A DNA stretch of 40,810 bases, taken from the NCBI GenBank assembly GCA_012031815.1, contig JAAUTE010000001.1, forward strand, positions 1-40,810, written 5' to 3'. This stretch comes from Chloroflexaceae bacterium. Its GTDB lineage: Bacteria > Cyanobacteriota > Cyanobacteriia > Cyanobacteriales > JAAUTE01. Below are positions 18,123 through 28,270 of the stretch, one piece after another. The notes under the pieces are model-generated. The model was not told the origin of the DNA. It made no database searches and saw nothing but the letters and a program-made list of their open reading frames with translations. The position numbers and the translations under genes were made by a program. Every line of letters begins with the position of its first letter. Position 1 is the first letter of the stretch.

Positions 18123-20256
18123 ATGCAGTCCCTCGAACCAGCGCTCAAGCATTACTTCGGTTACGACTCTTTTCGTCCCCAACAGCGCCAGATTGTTGAA
18201 GAAGTCCTGCAAGGTCGGGATTTACTGGTAATTATGCCCACCGGTGGCGGTAAATCCCTGTGCTACCAACTGCCTGCCCTCCTGCAGCCGGGTCTCACCC
18301 TCGTCGTTTCTCCGCTCATCGCTCTCATGCAAGATCAGGTGGAAGCCCTCCAGGACAACGGCATCGGCGCAGCTTTCCTCAACAGTACCTTGAGCTTAAC
18401 AGAGGTGCGATCGCGAGAGACGGCGATTCTCAACGGTAAAATCAAAATTGCTCTACGTTGCACCAGAGCGGCTGCTTTCTGAGAGATTTGCGCCTTTTTT
18501 AGAGAGTATTGCCGCAAAAATCGGAATTGCGACCCTGGCGGTGGATGAAGCTCATTGCGTTTCCGAATGGGGCCATGATTTTCGCCCGGAATATCGCCAG
18601 ATTCAACAATTGCGCCAGCGCTATCCTGGTATTCCCCTAACTGCCCTCACGGCCACGGCAACCAGCCGCGTGCAGCAAGATATTATCGAGCAATTACAGC
18701 TTAAAAATCCCGCCATCCATCTCGCCAGTTTTAACCGCAGCAACCTCTATTACGAAATCCTTCCCCAAGAAAAACGCAGCTACCCGCAACTTCTCCAGCG
18801 AATTCGCGCTCAATCGGGGTCGGGTATTGTCTACTGTTTCAGCCGCCGCAGCGTTGATGAAATTGCCTATCGCCTGCAACAAGATAATATTGCTGCTCTG
18901 CCCTACCATGCGGGGCTAGACGATAAAATCCGTGCCGACCATCAAACTCGCTTTCTCCGGGACGACGTGCAGGTGATGGTTGCAACTATTGCCTTTGGCA
19001 TGGGCATCAATAAACCAGATGTTCGCTTTGTCATTCACTACGATCTGCCCAAAAATTTAGAAAGCTACTACCAAGAGTCCGGTCGGGCCGGCAGAGATGG
19101 AGAAGCGGCTACCTGTACTCTCTTTTTTAATCCCGGTGATGTTCGCAAAATTGAATATTTCATCGAGCAAAAGGCCAGCGATCAGGAAAAACGCATTTCC
19201 TACCAACAATTGCAGCAAGTCGTCGACTATGTGGAAGGTACTCACTGCCGCCGTACCATTATTTTGCGCTACTTTGGCGAACGGTTTCCCGGAAATTGCG
19301 ATCGCTGTGACAACTGCCGCTATCCCAAACCCCTGGAAGATTGGACAATTGAAGCCCAAAAGTTGCTCTCCTGCGTGGCCCGCTGCCGGGAGCGATTTGG
19401 CATGAATCATATTATTGACGTGTTGAGGGGGGCAAAGAAGCAAAAAATTGAAGAATACGGTCACCATTTACTGTCTACCTATGGCATCGGCCAGGACAAA
19501 TCCGCTGAAGCCTGGAAATTGCTGGGTCGTTCCCTGCTGCACCAGGGTTTACTGGACGAAACCGCCGACGGCTATCGGGTTTTAAAGTTAAATCAACTGA
19601 GTTGGGAAGTCCTGCGAAAACAGCGCCCTGTTGCGATCGCCGTTCCCCATCAAACCGTAGCCCAAGCGGATCGCGATTTTAATCCCCAGGCCGCGACCGC
19701 CGCGCTTTTGTTGGAACGGTTGCGCCAATTGCGAAAACAGCTTGCCGATGCCCAATCGGTTCCTCCTTACGTGATTTTTTCCGACTCTAGCCTCAAATTG
19801 ATGGCTCAGGCTCAACCCCAATCTCTGGATGAATTTGCCCAAATTTCCGGGGTTGGAACCTACAAACTTCAGCATTATGGCGATCGCTTTGTGGAAGAAA
19901 TTCGAGAATTTTGCCAAGAACAGCCAACGGCCCGGCCCTGGCTCTCGGAAACCTTGCAGGCAACCTTCACGCTCTCCCAGCAGCATTTAAGCCTGGCAGA
20001 AATCGCCGCCCAGCGCCAATTAAGCCTTAGCACCATCACCACCCACCTCTGCCAACTCCTGGAACTGGGGAAACCTTTGGCGATCGCGCCGTTGGTTTTA
20101 CCCGTCAAGCAAGATTTAATCCTCAAAGCCATCGAAAAATTAGGCGAAGACCCCTTGAAACCCCTTAAGGACTCGCTAGGCGACAACTTTAGCTATGAAG
20201 AAATTAAATTAGTCCGTGCCTGGTGGCGGCAGCAACGGGCCAGCCATTCAAGCTAG
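18123..20256 (+). pseudogene. recQ: ATP-dependent DNA helicase RecQ, split by a +1 frame break
   Basis: The first part reads [15 protein letters not shown]...[18 protein letters not shown]...[13 protein letters not shown]...ILNGKIK. The second part starts at 18448 and reads LLYVAPERL...VDEAHCVSEWGHDFRPEY. It also has the Zn-finger CDNC motif, an HRDC-like region and a C-terminal HTH-like tail. The join is at A4 18444-18447 (alternatively A4 18438-18441). Confidence 0.9.
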
Positions 20257-20366
20257 GATTTGAGCAAAATAATGGCCTCAAAAAAAGTTTCCACGGGCTG
20301 AAACCAGGAAAAAAGATGGGATAATCAAGAATAAATAAGGCTTATATTTTTGCAAATAATCTAAGT

Positions 20367-20954
20367 ATGGCTGAAGAATCCGAAACCCAACTTCTGGCTC
20401 GCTTAAGCGCCGCTGAATCAACCGTTAGCCAGTTAAGCGAACGACTAACCCAACTGGAAACCCGGTTTGAGCAAACCCTGCTGCTACTGTCTGATACCTA
20501 TCGCTACGGCAAGCTACAGGAATTGCTCGCAGCCGGTCGCTGGCAGGAGGCCGATGGCGAAACCACCCGAATTATGATTGACAGTACCAGACAAGCCTCC
20601 CTGGAGGAAATTACCCCCGAAGATTTGCAAAAATTTCCCTGTAGCGTACTATCCGTCATCGACACCCTTTGGGGAACCTACAGCCAAGAGCGTTTTGGCT
20701 TTAGCGTTCAACTGCGCCTCTATCAGAGCTTGGGCGGGAGTATGGATACCATTAGAACCCAAAGCAACGAATTTCTCATGCGAGCGGGAGAACAGCTCGG
20801 TTGGCGCCAAAACGGCAAGCCCGTTCCCTACGATGACTATGACTTTTCCCTCACCGCGCCCGTGGGAGGGTTGCCCCGCGATTGGTGGCATTCGCCCTAT
20901 GGTGCGAAGATGGCGAATTTCTTCCTCGGTCGCTTGATAACCTGCGAACTTTAA
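20367..20954 (+). CDS. GUN4-domain protein (Ycf53-like regulator of Mg-chelatase/tetrapyrrole synthesis)
   Basis: An N-terminal coiled segment is followed by the GUN4 core LQELLAAGRWQEADGETTRIM...FPCSVLSVIDTLWGTYSQERFGFSVQLRLY...GWRQNG. Confidence 0.85.
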   Translation: MAEESETQLLARLSAAESTVSQLSERLTQLETRFEQTLLLLSDTYRYGKLQELLAAGRWQEADGETTRIMIDSTRQASLEEITPEDLQKFPCSVLSVIDTLWGTYSQERFGFSVQLRLYQSLGGSMDTIRTQSNEFLMRAGEQLGWRQNGKPVPYDDYDFSLTAPVGGLPRDWWHSPYGAKMANFFLGRLITCEL

Positions 20955-21320
20955 GCTATCGGGACAAGGGTGGGGAACTAGGAGAACGCCGGGTTGCACG
21001 GGAACCCTTGGAAAGATAAGCCAGGAAAATAGGGTAAAACCACTCATCCCCACCGGAAAAGACTGGGAAATTAGTCCGGCAACCCCTAGAGCTACCATTG
21101 CCAAAAGCCAATACCCATTTTTTCGCGTCTGTTTGAGCATCCCTCGCCATCGCCCCCTTAGCTAAAAAAACACTTCGCCTATTTCTAAATTCTAGCCAGC
21201 TTGCCCCTGTCTCGCCTGCCATCTCCTGGCAGCGGCCTCCCAGTACTACCGCGGACTAGGGCTTAACAATTTGTAAAATTTGCTTAAACTGAAAGGGTAA
21301 AATGCCCGTGCCTGAGAGCC

Positions 21321-21965
21321 ATGCTACTGCGACCTGAACAGCGCGAAAAGCTCGATTCCAGCCCCGATGTAGAATTTTATGCCTTTCCTCGCTTCGTAAA
21401 CCACGTTGACGACGGATTTATCGAACAGTTGACCGCGCTCTACCGCAAGCGGCTCCAACCCCAAACCCGCGTTTTTGACATGATGAGTAGCTGGGTATCC
21501 CACCTCCCCCCGGAGATGACGTTTGCTCACGTGGAAGGCCAGGGCATGAACGCGGAAGAACTGGCTAAAAATCCCCGTTTCGACCATTATTTTACCCAGA
21601 ACCTCAACGAAAATCCCCGATTACCCCTAAGCGATGGGGGTTTTGATGCCGTCTTAAATGCGGTGTCCGTACAATATTTGCAGTACCCTGAAGCAATTTT
21701 CAGCGAAATTTATCGCATTCTCAAACCGGGCGGCCTGGCTGTCATTAGCTTCTCCAATCGCATGTTCTACCAAAAGGCGATCGCCGCTTGGCGGGACAGC
21801 AGTGAAGCCCGCCGGGTTGAGCTGGTAAAACATTATTTTCGTTCTGTTTCGGGCTTTAGCGAGCCGGAAACCCAGATTTGTCAGTCAGCGGTTCCACCAA
21901 TCCTGCAACTGTTTGGTTTTGGCGGCGGCGACCCTTTTTATGCGGTCATGGCGCGCAAGCTCTAA
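21321..21965 (+). CDS. Class I SAM-dependent methyltransferase (Methyltransf_11-like)
   Basis: The 214-aa protein reads ...FDAVLNAVSVQYLQYPEAIFSEIYRILKPGGLAVISFSNRMF..., the typical type-11 methyltransferase C-terminal half. Confidence 0.75.
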   Translation: MLLRPEQREKLDSSPDVEFYAFPRFVNHVDDGFIEQLTALYRKRLQPQTRVFDMMSSWVSHLPPEMTFAHVEGQGMNAEELAKNPRFDHYFTQNLNENPRLPLSDGGFDAVLNAVSVQYLQYPEAIFSEIYRILKPGGLAVISFSNRMFYQKAIAAWRDSSEARRVELVKHYFRSVSGFSEPETQICQSAVPPILQLFGFGGGDPFYAVMARKL

Positions 21966-21982
21966 GGTGGCTCTTTTTCCGT

Positions 21983-22003
21983 AAAACCCTTTGAAACGGT
22001 TTT
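21983..22003. terminator. Weak AU-rich hairpin between convergent genes, a possible bidirectional terminator
   Basis: The sequence AAAACC-ctttgaaac-GGTTTT forms a 6-bp stem whose arms are themselves A/T runs. It lies between the stops at 21965 (+) and 22014 (-). Confidence 0.3.
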
Positions 22004-22013
22004 AAATGAACAC

Positions 22014-22859
22014 CTAGGAACGATAGCCCAGCCGTCGCAATTCTTGTCCCGCAATCTTCTCAAAACGCTCGATTTCTGCGGCAGTCATTTCTTTTTGCCA
22101 GCGATTCATGCTGGATGGGCTGATCGGTTGGGAGAGTTTGCTGAATTCCTGGCGCTTGCTCCGGGTGATTGTATTTTGGCTATAGCATCTCGGATCGAGC
22201 TGCCGCTCCTCAAATTCCTCTGCCAAAAACGCCATAATCCCGCGGACGGCACTCTCGGCATTGGTGACTAAATCTTCGTACTTGACATCCAAAATACGCG
22301 GATGCTCCCCTTGCCGAAACCGCGATCGCAGGCAGCGACGCCAGTATCGAGCATAGGTTTCAATGCTCTGTCCCTGGGTTACGTAAGCATGGTGGCGAGC
22401 GGAGCAATAGCAGTCGCGACCATCGCGAAATACATTAATGAATTGAGCCTTGGGGAAATGTTTGAGCAAAAATGGCAGGCGCAGGACGTGGGGCGGCGTT
22501 TTTTCAATAAAACGCTGGCCGCCCGTTTCCTTCAGTCGCTGTTGGCTAAAGCGATCGAAGGCTTGCACGATATCTGGCGTGTTTGTCTGCAATTTTTGGC
22601 GACTAGGGTCATTTTTACCTAAAAGTAGATTACTAAGGTGCTTAAACATGAAAAATCCCGTTTCGTAACCCGGCCCGCTGAGATTGGGATGAACGTTGAG
22701 AATCAATTTCACCAGCGTCGTGCCACTTCTAGGCGCACCCACCACAAAAATGTGCGGCTGCTCGGAAAGGGTCGCAGGGAAATACCAGGGTAATTGCTTA
22801 AGTAGAGAGCCAGTCCCGCCAAGGAGTTGACCGAGATTTTGTCGCTGGAACATTGCCAT
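22014..22859 (-). CDS. Sulfotransferase family protein (PAPS-dependent)
   Basis: The 5'-PSB loop is IFVVGAPRSGTTLV. A later block reads FINVFRDGRDCYCS...YEDLV, consistent with cytosolic-type sulfotransferases. Confidence 0.75.
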   Translation of the reverse strand: MAMFQRQNLGQLLGGTGSLLKQLPWYFPATLSEQPHIFVVGAPRSGTTLVKLILNVHPNLSGPGYETGFFMFKHLSNLLLGKNDPSRQKLQTNTPDIVQAFDRFSQQRLKETGGQRFIEKTPPHVLRLPFLLKHFPKAQFINVFRDGRDCYCSARHHAYVTQGQSIETYARYWRRCLRSRFRQGEHPRILDVKYEDLVTNAESAVRGIMAFLAEEFEERQLDPRCYSQNTITRSKRQEFSKLSQPISPSSMNRWQKEMTAAEIERFEKIAGQELRRLGYRS

Positions 22860-23204
22860 CTTACTGGAATTTCAAGAGAGAGCGGGGAAATTAAATTGAC
22901 CTTATCAAACCTCTCAGGCTCCGTCAAGGTTTAATTGCCCAAAGTCCCTGGTTTTCTGCGCTAAATATCCAGAATCCGAGAAATACTGAGGAATAATGGC
23001 TGCCGCCACTGCGCCAAGGATACAACCTTACATTTGCCGGAAGCAAGGGGTGAAATGGCAGGGAAAGCCGGTTGGAAATTACCCGAAGCATTCGATCCTT
23101 CTAAAGACGGATAATTCATTGAAATTCGGCATTTAGATAGATTTAAGCCCTGGCTGAATTTGATAGCTATGGATAGAGAGATAAATCTTGAAAGGAAAAA
23201 TTTT

Positions 23205-23552
23205 ATGAAAACCGCTGCCTTTAAAATCCTCCCCCGCTTAACCCGGGTTGTTGTAATGGTTTGCCTGGCTGTTTTGTTGGTATTCTCGCAAATTCTGCCG
23301 GCTGCTGCCGTAAAAAGCTATCCTAGTAATCCGCAAGAAGGGGAAACGGTGCTGAGCGATATTGTTCGCAAAACCGAAGGCGTTGCCGACTCTAATCCTC
23401 GTTCCGAGCAGCAAATGAAAAGAGATGCCGAAGGCGGTCTCAATGCTGTGCAGGGGAAAGCGGACATGGATAAAATGGTCACGCCGGAAAGCGCTAAGGC
23501 TAATTCTGTGGAGGGCGAAATTCGTGAAGGGCTGCGAAATTTCTTGAAATAG
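23205..23552 (+). CDS. Small secreted or periplasmic hypothetical protein
   Basis: ATG 23205 is preceded by AAGGA. The signal-peptide-like N-terminus is MKTAAFKILPRLTRVVVMVCLAVLLVFSQILPAAA, and the mature part is charged and low in complexity. The ORF is open from 23160. Confidence 0.55.
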   Translation: MKTAAFKILPRLTRVVVMVCLAVLLVFSQILPAAAVKSYPSNPQEGETVLSDIVRKTEGVADSNPRSEQQMKRDAEGGLNAVQGKADMDKMVTPESAKANSVEGEIREGLRNFLK

Positions 23553-23644
23553 AAGCCTGTCCAGCTGCGGTGACCAAGTGCCTCTAACTCAGACTGGTTT
23601 TGGGCGATGTCAGCCCCGATCCGTACTGAGCGGCTAAACTAAAA

Positions 23645-23678
23645 GGCATCGTTTTCTCGCGGAGAACGGTGCTTTTTT
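23645..23678 (+). terminator. Rho-independent terminator
   Basis: GCATCG(TT)TTCTC-GCG-GAGAACGGTGC forms 11 bp with a 2-nt bulge and one G-U pair, followed by TTTTTT at 23673-23678. It lies about 95 nt after the stop at 23552. Confidence 0.55.
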
Positions 23679-23806
23679 GCAATTTAATCGGGCCTGTTAG
23701 CTTTGCTGATTCCTTTGTCAAATTTTAAAAAATCAGAAAATTAACGTAGGGCAATTTGGCGATCGCCGTGATTAAACTGGAGGAGGAACTTTGCGGAGAA
23801 AAGCAG

Positions 23807-24352
23807 ATGCGGGATGGAAAATCTTCGGTAGGACTGAGATCCCTGGATATTGTGCTGGCCTATACGTTTTTACGGATAATTGTAGGCATTAATTATTACA
23901 ATCATGGTTTTACGCGCATTGATTCCATTCCTAACTTTATTCAGGCAATGGTGGAGCGATTTCAAGGAACCTATGTTCCTGAGATTTTGGTAACGATTAA
24001 TGCTGCTTTAGTGCCGCCAGTAGAGTTAGTGGTCGGACTGTTAATTACCCTGGGCTGGTTCACAAGAGCCGCTTTAATTGCCTGTTTTTGTTTAATGTTT
24101 GTGCTGATGTACGGCGTGACTTTGCTGCAAGAATGGGATATCGCTAGCAGCCAGCTTATCTACAATCTGGTTCTGTTTATTCTGCTAGCAGGCTTGGGTT
24201 ACAACCAAATTTCTGTCGATCGCTGGCTTAAGCGCCGCCGAGGGCCGGAGCAACTGGTTCAAACCCAGGAGCCAGAGCTGCCTAGCCGCCTGCAATTCGC
24301 CCGACTGCCGATTATTGGCTCTCGCTGGCGCGATCGCCAGCGGGGACATTAA
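23807..24352 (+). CDS. DoxX-like integral membrane protein
   Basis: It has four predicted TM segments, and ...LRIIVGINYYNHGFTRI...PPVELVVGLLITLGWFTRAALIACFCLMFVLMYG resembles the DoxX family. The ORF is open from 23756, and ATG 23807 is the likely start. Confidence 0.5.
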   Translation: MRDGKSSVGLRSLDIVLAYTFLRIIVGINYYNHGFTRIDSIPNFIQAMVERFQGTYVPEILVTINAALVPPVELVVGLLITLGWFTRAALIACFCLMFVLMYGVTLLQEWDIASSQLIYNLVLFILLAGLGYNQISVDRWLKRRRGPEQLVQTQEPELPSRLQFARLPIIGSRWRDRQRGH

Positions 24353-24391
24353 TTTGCCAGCCCCTTTGCTGTTTTTTCCGGGTCAACGCTT

Positions 24392-26448
24392 TTAAATCTG
24401 GCGCGTTAGGGGAGTTAGGGGCGCGATCGCACCTTGGGCGTAGTCGGCTCCCAGGTGGCGCACCTGCACCAAGAGGTCTTGGCTATCCACCCCAGCGGCA
24501 ATGGTTTCGACTCCCAGCACCTGGGCGCTCCGAATTATGCCGGCTACCACCGCGCGGGCGACCAGATCCTCCAGAATTGGTCTTATGAGAGTGGCCGTGA
24601 TTTTTAGGTAATCTACGGACAGGCGCTGGAGAAGAATACAGTTTTGTAAGCTATTAGTGCTGATTTCGATGGCAAATCGGCATCCCAAGGGCTTCAGCAC
24701 TGAGACTAACTGGGCTAGATGAGACTGTTGGGCCAGGGCCGTAACTTCATCAATCAGAAAATAGAGCTGAGCGGCAAGCTGGGGTTGGGCCAGCAAGTCC
24801 TGGTAAAACTTTCCTGGGAAGGGGCTATCGTCATTGAGAAACCTTAGATAAAATCCCAATCGTGAGGTAACTTGTCCCTGATAAGCTGACAAGATTTGAG
24901 CGATTCCCATTTGTAGAGGGGGCAGCCACCGGCCGGTTTCATTCACCGATCGCTCACGCCACGCTTCCCCATCCCTGAGCCGAAATACCAGCTCGCTTAA
25001 GGGTTCCGCTGCCGGGGCTTGGAGGGACAGGAGGGGCTGCTGGTAGGGTTGCAAGTCAATTCGGGCAATTCTAACGCGGGGGTACACTTAGTCAGCTCCA
25101 GACCATCGCGAATAACACAGATGCGATCGCCGCCCTGGCGTTTGGCAGTGTAGCAAGCGCGATCGGCGGTGGCAAGGAGGCTTGCCGCATCTAAGGTTTG
25201 ACCCTCAATGGCGACCAGTCCAATACTGACGCCGATCTCAAAGATGTTACTCCCCCAGGTAAAAGGACATTCCCGCAGGAGTTCCTGGAGCAGTCGCGCA
25301 ATTTCGTAGGCTTTCTCCAGAGGACAGCCGTGGAGCAATACGGCAAATTCATCGCCACCTAACCGGGCTAAACTATCGCTCAGGCGAATCCGTCCCTGCC
25401 AGCGGGCCACCACCTGCCGCAATAACTCGTCTCCAGCAAGGTGTCCGCAGGTATCATTGACAACTTTGAAGCGATCTAAATCCAAATAGCTAATGACATG
25501 CTGCACCTCGCCGTTTCTAGCGCTTGAGATGGCATCCCGCAACTGCTGCTCAAAGGCTCGCCGGTTTAGGGCCCCTGTGAGGGGATCGTGGCTGGCTTCC
25601 CAGGAGAGCTGCCGGGAAATTTGACGGGCAGCCGTAACATCATAAAACACCATTACCGCTCCCACAATTTCCCCCTGGCGATCGCGAATGGGAGCTGCCG
25701 AGTCGTCAACGGCATATTCTTGACCGTTGCGGGCCAATAGTAAGGCGCGATCGCCCAAACTGGTAATGCGTCCTTCCCGAAGGGCCAGCTCAAGGGGATT
25801 GGCTAGGGGAGTACGAGCAATTTCGTCAATAAAATGAACGATCTCGTTGACCGTCCGCCCGTTTACTTCCCCCAGCCGCCAACCCAGCAATTCCTCTGCC
25901 GCGAGATTCAAGTTAGTAATACAACCGTCCGCGTCCGTGGCAATTACCCCATCCCCGATGGATTGCAGCGTAATTTCCGCCAACTCCTTTTCCCGAAAGA
26001 GGGCTTGCTCCGCTAGGTCGCGCTCCTGAATTTTCCGGCGCAGTTGATTTTGCAAGTGCTGCAACTTAAGCTGATGCTCAATGCGGGCTAGCACTTCTTC
26101 TGTGTGAAAGGGTTTGGTGATATAGTCAGCTCCCCCCACCTTAAAGGCCTTAACTTTATCAAAGGCTTCGTGGATAGCACTGAGAAAAATAATGGGAATA
26201 TAGCGCGTCTGCTCATTGGCCTTGAGTTGCTCGCAAACCTGATAGCCGTCCATGTCGGGCATCATAATATCTAGCAGAATCAGATCCGGCTGAAAGCGAG
26301 GCACGCTAGAAAGGGCAAGTCCGCCATCTGGGGCGCAGCGGATTTCATAACCTTGCTTAGCCAGCAAATTCAGCAACAAATTCAAATTACTGGCGCGGTC
26401 GTCTACGACAAGAATCTTAGCTGGCTCTGGGAAGGCAGGAGATGGCAT
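24392..26448 (-). pseudogene. Response regulator REC-PAS-GGDEF-EAL protein (diguanylate cyclase with a degenerate EAL domain), split by a -1 frame break
   Basis: The REC domain has ILVVDDRASN...LILLDIMMPDMDG...ITKPF. The PAS-like region reads SIGDGVIATDADGCITNLN. The GGDEF domain reads RLSDSLARLGGDEFAVLL, so the I-site RxxD is present. The EAL-like C-terminus continues in the other frame (QPYQQPLLSL...SELVFRLRD...). The join is at the G5 run 25078-25082 (C5 on the coding strand). Confidence 0.8.
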
Positions 26449-26896
26449 GGCAGCAGCGAGAGCGGGGGAGAGGCAAGGAAGAAACCGGCAAGTCTAAATA
26501 AAATTGTCGGTGTGGACAAAGATTTAGGGCCGGCTTAACCATCAAGCAAAGATAACTGAATCGACTAGGAGTATGGTCTCGTCTTCCTCCTTAAGACCAA
26601 TTGTCCAAGCACTGTCTCAAATCGTAGCCTAAAAATCCCCTCAGATAACTCTGAAAACGAACCACGCCTCTTCTGCAAGAGCGCGATCGCCTGTGGGGAC
26701 AAAAAGCTCAAAGTCTGCTGATTGGGGCGTTAATTAAGACCAGGGATACTACCAGTAGTTAAGGTAGGCAACGGAAAACCAAGATATAATTAATCTGTTT
26801 AATTTCCCTAAATTGATGCAGCCTTTGTGAGCGTTATCAGGCGTTGTAGTGGCTTATGTATAGTTTTTGGGGAAATTGTCCTAACCCCTCTAAAAT

Positions 26897-28237
26897 ATGA
26901 CGGCGATTGCCCTGAAAATATTCTTTATTCTCATTTTAATGGTAATTAATGGCGTTTTCTCGGGGTCGGAAATCGCTGTGGTTTCAGCCCGCAAGATTCG
27001 CCTGGAACAGCTTGCTCACAACGGCGATCGCCAAGCGCTACTGGCGCTGAAATTAGCCAAATCTCCGAGCAATTTTTTATCTACGGTGCAGATTGGCATT
27101 ACCCTCATCGGCATTCTCAGTGGTGCTTTGGGGGGCGCAACCCTATCTCAGCGTTTAGAAAAGGCGATCGCCCTGGTTCCGGGCTTGGCCAACTACAGCG
27201 AGGCGGTGGCGTTTGTGGTCGTGGTCAGTGGAATTACTTATCTGTCCTTGGTCATTGGGGAGCTGGTGCCGAAACGCCTGGCCCTGAATAATCCTGAAGG
27301 CATCGCTCGCCGGGTAGCGGGGCCCATGCGCCAACTCTCCAAGCTGGTTGCGCCCCTGGTTTATCTCCTAAGTGCCTCTACGGATGGGCTGCTGCGGCTG
27401 TTGGGAATTCGCTCGTTTCAAGAAGCCCCCATTGCGGAAGAAGAAATTAGAGCTTTGATTCGCCAGGGGGTGCAGGCGGGAGTTTTTGAGGAAACGGAAC
27501 ACAATATTCTTCAGCGGGTCTTCCGTTTGGACGATCGCCCGGTCAGGAGTTTAATGACCCCCCGAACGGCGATCGCCTGGTTAGATATTGAAGCGCCCCT
27601 GGAGGAAACCCAGCGGGAGATTTTGGCGTACAATCACGGGCGTTTTCCGGTCTGTCGCGGCGATCTGGATAATTGCTTGGGAATTTTGCCCGTAAAAACT
27701 TTATTAAATGCAATTTTCAATGGAGAACCTATGGATCTGCAAGGGGGTTTACAAACGCCTCTTTACGTTTATGAAAATACCTCGGCCCTGCGGGTGCTGG
27801 AAACCTTTAAAGAAACGGGAATTTATATTGCGCTGGTCACTGATGAATTTGGCGGCATCGAAGGATTGGTGACCATTGGGGATTTAATGGAGGCGATTGT
27901 GGGTGAGCTACCCTCTGACGGGGATCGAGAAGAACCACGGATTATTCAACGGGAAGATGGCTCCTGGCTACTGGATGGCATGGTTTCTGCTGACGAGTTA
28001 CGGGAGCTTTTTGCTAAAGATAGTTTGCCGATGGAACGGGAAGCTCACTATCAAACCCTGGCTGGGTTAGTGATTGCCATGTTGGGGAAAATTCCCACGT
28101 CTGGAGAGCATTTTGAGTGGGAAAATCTGCGCTTTGAAGTGGTGGATATGGACGGAATGCGTATCGATAAAGTCCTGGTTTCCCAGTTTCGCCCAGCCGT
28201 CACCGAGGATAATCGCGATCGCGAGGACGATGAGTAA
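26897..28237 (+). CDS. CNNM/HlyC-CorC family transporter-associated protein (DUF21, CBS pair and CorC_HlyC domains)
   Basis: The N-terminal 4-TM DUF21 domain reads FSGSEIAVVSARK...GELVPKRLA. The CBS region reads MTPRTAIAWLD...ALVTDEFGGIEGLVTIGDLMEAIVGE. The C-terminal transporter-associated domain reads ...RFEVVDMDGMRIDKVLV. Confidence 0.85.
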   Translation: MTAIALKIFFILILMVINGVFSGSEIAVVSARKIRLEQLAHNGDRQALLALKLAKSPSNFLSTVQIGITLIGILSGALGGATLSQRLEKAIALVPGLANYSEAVAFVVVVSGITYLSLVIGELVPKRLALNNPEGIARRVAGPMRQLSKLVAPLVYLLSASTDGLLRLLGIRSFQEAPIAEEEIRALIRQGVQAGVFEETEHNILQRVFRLDDRPVRSLMTPRTAIAWLDIEAPLEETQREILAYNHGRFPVCRGDLDNCLGILPVKTLLNAIFNGEPMDLQGGLQTPLYVYENTSALRVLETFKETGIYIALVTDEFGGIEGLVTIGDLMEAIVGELPSDGDREEPRIIQREDGSWLLDGMVSADELRELFAKDSLPMEREAHYQTLAGLVIAMLGKIPTSGEHFEWENLRFEVVDMDGMRIDKVLVSQFRPAVTEDNRDREDDE

Positions 28238-28270
28238 AAGCACTCCAATGGCGAGAAAATCCAGTAATTT

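Noticed and set aside
20649-21222. ORFs 20649..21140 (-) and 20956..21222 (-) downstream of, and antisense to, the GUN4 gene
   Set aside because: Most of the 163-aa ORF is antisense to the well-supported GUN4 gene. Only its first 60 aa or so (MLKQTRKNGYWLLAMVALGVAGLISQSF...) look like a membrane peptide. I cannot find a consistent stop or a homologue, so there is not enough evidence to call a gene.
22996-23136. A 46-aa ORF (MAAATAPRIQPYICRKQGVKWQGKPVGNYPKHS...) in the spacer upstream of the sulfotransferase gene
   Set aside because: It has no recognisable family. Its GAGGA lies only 3 nt from the ATG. It is too short to support from sequence alone.
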